Source: Amoebidium appalachense
Taxonomy: Eukaryota > Protista > Ichthyosporea
DNA length: 64,000 nt
Direction: 5' to 3'
NCBI GenBank assembly: GCA_963693365.1
Contig: CAVNZM010000017.1
Coordinates: forward strand, 4,578,708-4,642,707
The notes below the pieces were generated by a model. That model was given only the letters and a program-made list of their open reading frames with translations. It was not told the origin of the DNA and made no database searches. Below, piece after piece: positions 44,157-64,000 of this stretch. A program made the position numbers and the translations under genes. Each line of letters begins with the position of its first letter. The first letter of the stretch is position 1.

Positions 44157-44482
44157 TACACACACACACACACACACAAACATCCCCCCCCCCTCCCCCC
44201 CCCCCCCCCCCAACTCCTCCTCCTCTCCCGCCCCCCCCCCTCCCCCCCCCCAAAAAAAAAAAAAATCCAACCCCCTCCTCGACCCCCCACAACAAAAAAA
44301 AAAAAAAAAAAAAAAAAGATTCCGGCTACCAGCTATTCATCTGCACAGAACTCTCGCTTTTTCACTCGTTTCAGACAGGTTCCCTTACAATCAAATCTCA
44401 CATATCTTAACCATACACCTACTTCATCGCCCATCCCTTGACCAACACTTCAAGAACAACTTTGCGTCCCTTAAAGATAACC

Positions 44483-56154
<11,672 letters not shown>

Positions 56155-57079
56155 CTTTCTGGTGTACTTATAACATAAACTGTGGGTGGCTAATTCATGT
56201 AGAATACTATGCTATAGTAAGGGCTTCTGCGTCCGCTCCTGTCGTAAAGAAAAGGCGGAACGTTCGGCTAGAAGACAGATGTGACGTGTTGCAGCGGCAA
56301 CCGTTTGGCGAATGCACGCTTCTGTTGCTGATTTCTTTTGTGTTTGAGTTTGTTGGTTGTATGAAAACGCTCACGTTGCGCGTGTCAAGTATTGTAAAGG
56401 TCCAAGTGAGCAATGGGTGGATACAGATGAAGCCCAAGGGGTGTGGAGGGGGAAAGTGTTGATGAGGTCTACGGTCTTTTGGTGTAAGGAACGGTAAAGC
56501 TACTTGGAAATGGTCATGTTTTCGTTAGCGGTGAAGCCTTCAGTTTTCAGAAGTGATTAAACTAAGATTCTTCAGATTAGGTACAAGACCTCATTTGATC
56601 TGTTCGTAAGAATGTAGGCCAGTATAACCATTCCGAGCGTGTAAACACATATGCATGTGTGGACGTATCGTTGATAGTTCATTCAAAGTGTACACTTTTG
56701 AAACGCCGGAACGTTTTCAAGTTGGGCACCTCGCGGAAAATAAAATGTTACGTTTTCGCGATTTTCGTATACAGTAATGCATGATGTTTAGTATTTTAAG
56801 TATAGAGACACCTAAAATGTGTAAATAAACCAATAGTGATAGCTTTTTAAAAGAGAGTTTATCTTTTATTGGCATTTTATGGTTTGCCTTCTGGGCGCAT
56901 TCCTTGTCACCCAGTGAAGAGATAAATTAATGGGGGGGGGGAATGTGCTGTCAATTTGTCAAACGAAAAAAAATCCGCTTCTTCACGTGACAAACTGACA
57001 GGCTTTCAAAGGCCCCATTCCTATCCGTCTCATACAAGAAAAAAGTCAAGGTTTATAAAAAGACCAAAAGAGTAGGAAT

Positions 57080-57779
57080 ATGGCTAAAAAGAGGCCGCGC
57101 CTTTTATACACAACACCCTCTGAAAACAACCCCCCGCCACGCCTATGGCCACCAAGGCCTCCTAAATACCACACCGGGTGTGGTATTTAGGAGGCCTTGA
57201 TGGCCACCCAGCTTACACAGCTACACGAGTTACAATGTGAACCCCCATGTGGGGGAGGGTAGTGTGGTTTGCGGCTGTGGCCACGCATTCATCCTAAACC
57301 GTGAAGAGGCCAAGCGGTTAAGAAAGGGAGACCTAAAACAGGGCACATTAGCCCTTTCACAGTCGGACGACCGTGCATCTAAGCACAGAGACCAAGGTTG
57401 CAAAGCCTTCAACGCCCGGGGGTCTCTTAGATCTTTCAAACAGGCACTGTATAAGCGCATAAGCACCCGAAATGATTACCAAAAAACAAAAAACATTGCA
57501 GCAACATATGACGAGGCTGTTTCTGCGTGCGTGGAACTGGAGGAGAGACTGGCCAAGGTTGCCGCAGAACTCAAAGCTGTACGGGATGCCGACAACAAAC
57601 TAGCTGTGGCACCCAAAGCTCAGTCTATGCACCCCAAAGGTGTTGTATGCGACGTAGGGAAAATAGACCGCACCAGATCGGTTGTGGTGGTGGACCATTT
57701 GGAAAGGGAAGCAAATCTTGTGGAGGGAGGTAGGGAGGGAGGGGAAGAGGTACCTGTGGGAGAAATGGAAAGGGTTTAG
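57080..57779 (+). pseudogene. Insertion-disrupted ORF (214 aa when restored) with Cys/His cluster and coiled coil; function unknown
   Basis: Deleting the 47-bp element plus one TSD (55 nt) fuses ATG 57080 (MAKKRPRLLY...) in frame with the 57237-57779 ORF (VVCGCGHAF...KHRDQGC...ELEERLAKVAAELKAV). Confidence 0.6.
57153..57199. mobile_element. 47-bp minimal hAT-type element: two perfect 23-bp TIRs separated by 1 nt
   Basis: caaggcctcctaaataccacacc-g-ggtgtggtatttaggaggccttg, flanked by the 8-bp TSD atggccac (57145-57152 and 57200-57207). Confidence 0.93.
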
Positions 57780-58191
57780 GGGGTGGGACAGACGGGGTGG
57801 GTGAGTGGAGGAATACAGAGAGAGGGGGAGTGAGGGGGAAGCCATGAATGTGGATCTATCGATCGATAGAGGGAGGTTGTTTGAAGTACTAAAACTGGCT
57901 TTTTATTTTCTAAATCACTTCTTTCACTTATTTAAAGTTAAGAGTTATTTTGTCTGCTCTGCCATAAAGTCAATACTGATATGCCAACTCTGGGCAATCT
58001 AAACTGCCCATGTATATGCGCGGGTTATTCAAAACTTGGTATAACAGCTGTGCCCATCACAAGCTCCAGCTGTCGTGCATGTACATGTGTGTATGTGTGA
58101 CACTGTGTATGTGCGTGTGTGCGTGTGTGTGCGTGTGTGTGTGCGCGCGCGTGCGCGCGCGTGTATTCGTGTGTTTGTGCGTGCGTGTGCC

Positions 58192-58246
<55 letters not shown>

Positions 58247-58589
58247 ATGCGTGTGTGTGTGTGTGTATGTGGGGATGTGTGTGTGTGTGTGTGTGTGTTG
58301 GGGGGGGGGGGGGGGGGGGGGGGGGGGCAACAGCACCACAAAAGAACGATATCAACACGAAACCAGTGCTAACATCAGCTTAAGCTTTCGTTAATGTTGT
58401 GACTTTTTAGAAATACGTGTTTTTTTTTTGTGCTTAAAACTTATTTGTTATGCTTGTGTGCATAATACAGATGCCAATGGTTGGTTTCTGAACATGGAAA
58501 GAGATTTTTTTCAGGCGTTGCAATTGAGAGAAGGAGCGTTGGTGTCGGGAAAGGTGTCAGTTCAACACGCCATCATCTCACGTGCGCCG

Positions 58590-58863
58590 ATGACGCAATC
58601 AGTGGTGCATTTTTAGCCAATCACAGATCGTTAAAATGTTGTATGGCTGGTAGCCAATGAACATACTTTACAGCACGGCAGGCTGATGTCATTTTCATGG
58701 ACCAATTAGTTACCAAACATAATAATCTTTATGCATTTAAAAGTCGTCAAAGGAGGAAGGCTTATAATATTCATAAATTTTTGTTAAACTTCTAGTTTCG
58801 CCGAAAAATTGGCGCAAGTCTAGAGTATGCATTCCTATACCACCGTGCCTGAAAGTATATAAA
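58590..58863 (+). promoter_or_regulatory. Possible thioredoxin reductase promoter: TGACGCAAT, repeated CCAAT boxes, TATA-like tatataaa
   Basis: ccaat at about 58617, 58653 and 58702; tatataaa at about 58856; motif matches only. Confidence 0.3.
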
Positions 58864-58967
58864 GAGGTAGACCTTTTGTGTCATGCATTCATTCAAATTT
58901 CTACCTCAATTCTGACTAACAAAGCGTGATAGATTTCTGCAACCACTTTTTACTAGAGTATCTCTGA

Positions 58968-61328
<2,361 letters not shown>

Positions 61329-61546
61329 TGCTTTGTATTTGGACCCCCCACCTAATTTTCAGTTATTATGGCGTAATATGTAATTTAGAGAGATGAATAT
61401 ATTCTGTTTTGAGGTTTTTATGTGAGTTTACTACAAAGGTATTTAGCTGTCTATGTGACCGTGATACTTTACTGAACACTATATTGATATGTCGTGTGTT
61501 TCAATGTGGTGGTGAGGGCCTATTTGTTGCCTTCTTATAATTATTC

Positions 61547-61596
<50 letters not shown>

Positions 61597-62121
61597 AAGC
61601 TTGTCTGGTATCAGCTTGATTTCCTAGAAAATGTTTATCATGGTTTTGCATTGTTGGAGAGCCACAGCTGCAAACAGTGTTTTGCATTTGAAATTCCTGT
61701 GTGACTAATTGGCGGGTTCTTTTAGTTTTACTCCTTACGTTTATCTAAGTTTTACATTTCAATTTATCAATATTATGGCTTTAAACGTATATATGGAATT
61801 CGAGATGTTAAGTTGTCGTACATGTTGGGCTGATACGATTGATTTGAAGAAAAAAACTGATACATGTATGGTATGTGATGAAAATTGACAACGAGTATGA
61901 AATAAATGACGAATTAACTTGAAACACAACTCTAAATGACCAATTGGGGTCGTTTCCACCCTCCTCCTTCCTCCCCCCCCCCCTTCTATCTCGACCTCCC
62001 CCTTCCTTTTCCTCTCTTCGGCTATTTGTTATGTCTCCTTTTTCTACTTCCCCTTTATCATATCAGTGTTAGTCAATTGGGTTCTACCCTTCCCCCCTCC
62101 CCCCCCCCCCCCCCTCCCCCC

Positions 62122-62179
<58 letters not shown>

Positions 62180-62191
62180 GTAGATATATAT

Positions 62192-62261
<70 letters not shown>

Positions 62262-62682
62262 TTTCTATGATATATATATCCCCCCCCCCCCCCCCCCCCC
62301 CCCCTTTCCCCCCGCTCCTCCACCCTCCCGGGGCTGGTCCCACCATTGCAGAGTTGAATCGCAACTTACAGAAATCAAGAAATTTTCTTTAGAAAGAGGC
62401 TGCGCTGAGATAGCATCATGGTAAGCATCATCCCTTCACAGTGTTGATTTCCCTTTTCCCAAACACACACACATCAGTACACGCGCGCACACGCATGCAC
62501 ACACACACATGCACCCACGAATTCACCCATGCACCCAAACGCGCGCGCACACACACACACATACACACACACACACACACACACAGAGCCATCCCACCAA
62601 CATTACCCCCCTTTGCCCCTGCTCTCGAATTAGCCCCTCTTCTCGAATTCCGAAGCTCGCCTCCCCTCCCACCTGCCCTTGC

Positions 62683-62736
<54 letters not shown>

Positions 62737-63383
62737 TAAAATCTCCATAAAAAGGTGTAACTATAAACGAACTAGAGAGAAAATCCTTAGCCTCAGCCCG
62801 GGAGGGTGCCGAGGGAAGTTTGCTTGTGCGTGTGTGTGGGGGGGGGGGAGGAGGGGGAGGAGGGGGCGGGGGGGAGTATGCAAAACCGAGAGCTCGGGGT
62901 TCTTTTTACTGGCACAATACCATGGAATTTCAACCTCACATCATGAATTTCGGCAAATTCGCTGTTTTTATGCTGCACTTTTTTATTGTGTCGCAACGCA
63001 GCAATCAGTACCACCAAAGTTGGCTACAAGCGAGCTTTTTCCTTCCCCGGTGCTTTCGGCCTTCAGTTCTTTTCACGTACATAAGTTCAGGTTGGATTTT
63101 CTTTGGCCCACAGCATAACATCCCTAGTAGAAAACTTCTGTTACGCCTTAGTTAAACGAGAATACAGGGAGATATTGCAGCATGCAGAATTCGGATATAA
63201 CGTTTATGTATGTATCTCAAACATGGTTGCGAGGCAAAGTCAACTACGCTACTGCATATCACACAATATCACACGGGTGAAGTCACACCCATGTATGCTC
63301 ACATCGACACACATAAAATCTCGCCCCATGCCCTCATGTACCATTTACTTACAGTCGCACGCAAATTTTTGAGGTCTATTCAA

Positions 63384-64000
63384 TCAGATATTATCCCCAC
63401 TTAGTTTTCGGTAAATGTTATCCCACAGAGTTATCTCGTCCTCCCCTTTTTCAAACCACTCTCCATTTCCATTTCCGACACCGATTGTAGGCCACGACCA
63501 CCAATGCTTATCCGCGGGCTTCTTATAGAACTCGATCGGGAGAGATTTCGGCCCGGCATATCCCGTGTATCCATTTGCGAAATTTATGTTTATCATGGTG
63601 GAATCCAGTGTTGGATATGGGATAGCCTCAGGAAATTTGTCTTTTTCATACGTCATCAGAAGGCCGACCACGAGATGTGTCCAGTAGTCTTTTGTCCAAG
63701 CGTCGGCGCTTTGCACGTTTCCGCCCCTGTGAACCAATCAAATCGTCAGAAAGGTGCGTTATGTACCATCAGAAAACCAATCGGATGACTCCTTTTTTTT
63801 TTAACGTGAGGGTTGCTGGGGTTTACCAGAAACTGTCAAGTGCGTGTGAGTGCGTGTGAGAGTGCGCACACGCGCATGTGTGTGTGTCCCCGTGTATGTG
63901 TGCGCGTGTATCCATATGCGTACATACTTGTGTCAGTACAGATGTGTCTGTGCACGTATGCATGTGCGCACGCCTACCTGCAGATGCCAAAAACGGGTAA
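63384..64000 (-). CDS. 3' exons of an unidentified gene running off the window (exons >64000-63978 and 63726-63384)
   Basis: CAG|gtaggc donor at 63977 and ctgac...ttcacag acceptor at 63727; the joined frame reads LPVFGICR|GGNVQSADAWTKDYWTHLVVG...WWSWPTIG...LSGDNI*, a complex Trp-rich sequence free of microsatellites. Confidence 0.65.

Noticed and set aside
57157-57193. The 47-bp palindrome as an Introner-like GC-AG intron
   Set aside because: Removing 34 or 37 nt restores the frame but leaves an in-frame TGA at 57198-57200.

Overview
Eukaryotic, intron-rich genomic DNA with canonical GT-AG introns and CTAAC/CTGAC branch points; the introns are packed with (CA/TG)n, (CACACG)n and poly-G/C tracts. 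Almost all ORFs in the supplied track are microsatellite artefacts. Hand-splicing gives five complete genes and one partial gene. These are an intronless class-V aminotransferase/cysteine-desulfurase-like gene (2702-3979 +), a ~34-exon SHIP-like inositol polyphosphate 5-phosphatase with an N-terminal SAM domain (37523-6463 -), a 2-exon small membrane protein of prokaryote-like appearance (38852-41746 +), a 10-exon ERGIC3/Erv46 (56154-44483 -), a 2-exon Plasmodium-type (CGGGKC) thioredoxin reductase (59001-61328 +), and the last exons of an unknown gene at the right edge (-). An ORF at 57080-57779 is broken by a 47-bp perfectly palindromic hAT-type insertion. Several MITE families (8-bp TSD, TA TSD, TTAA-flanked, foldback) and minisatellites are also present. 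The most unusual signal is a set of splice-junction 'echoes': partial copies of exon starts and ends inside the adjacent introns. They differ from the real exon almost only at synonymous positions, and in the exon 4 case each copy has one splice signal disabled. Tandem arrays polarised towards 3' splice sites accompany them. All gene models were spliced by eye without transcript data. The organism cannot be named from this window; a unicellular eukaryote, possibly holozoan, is only an inference.
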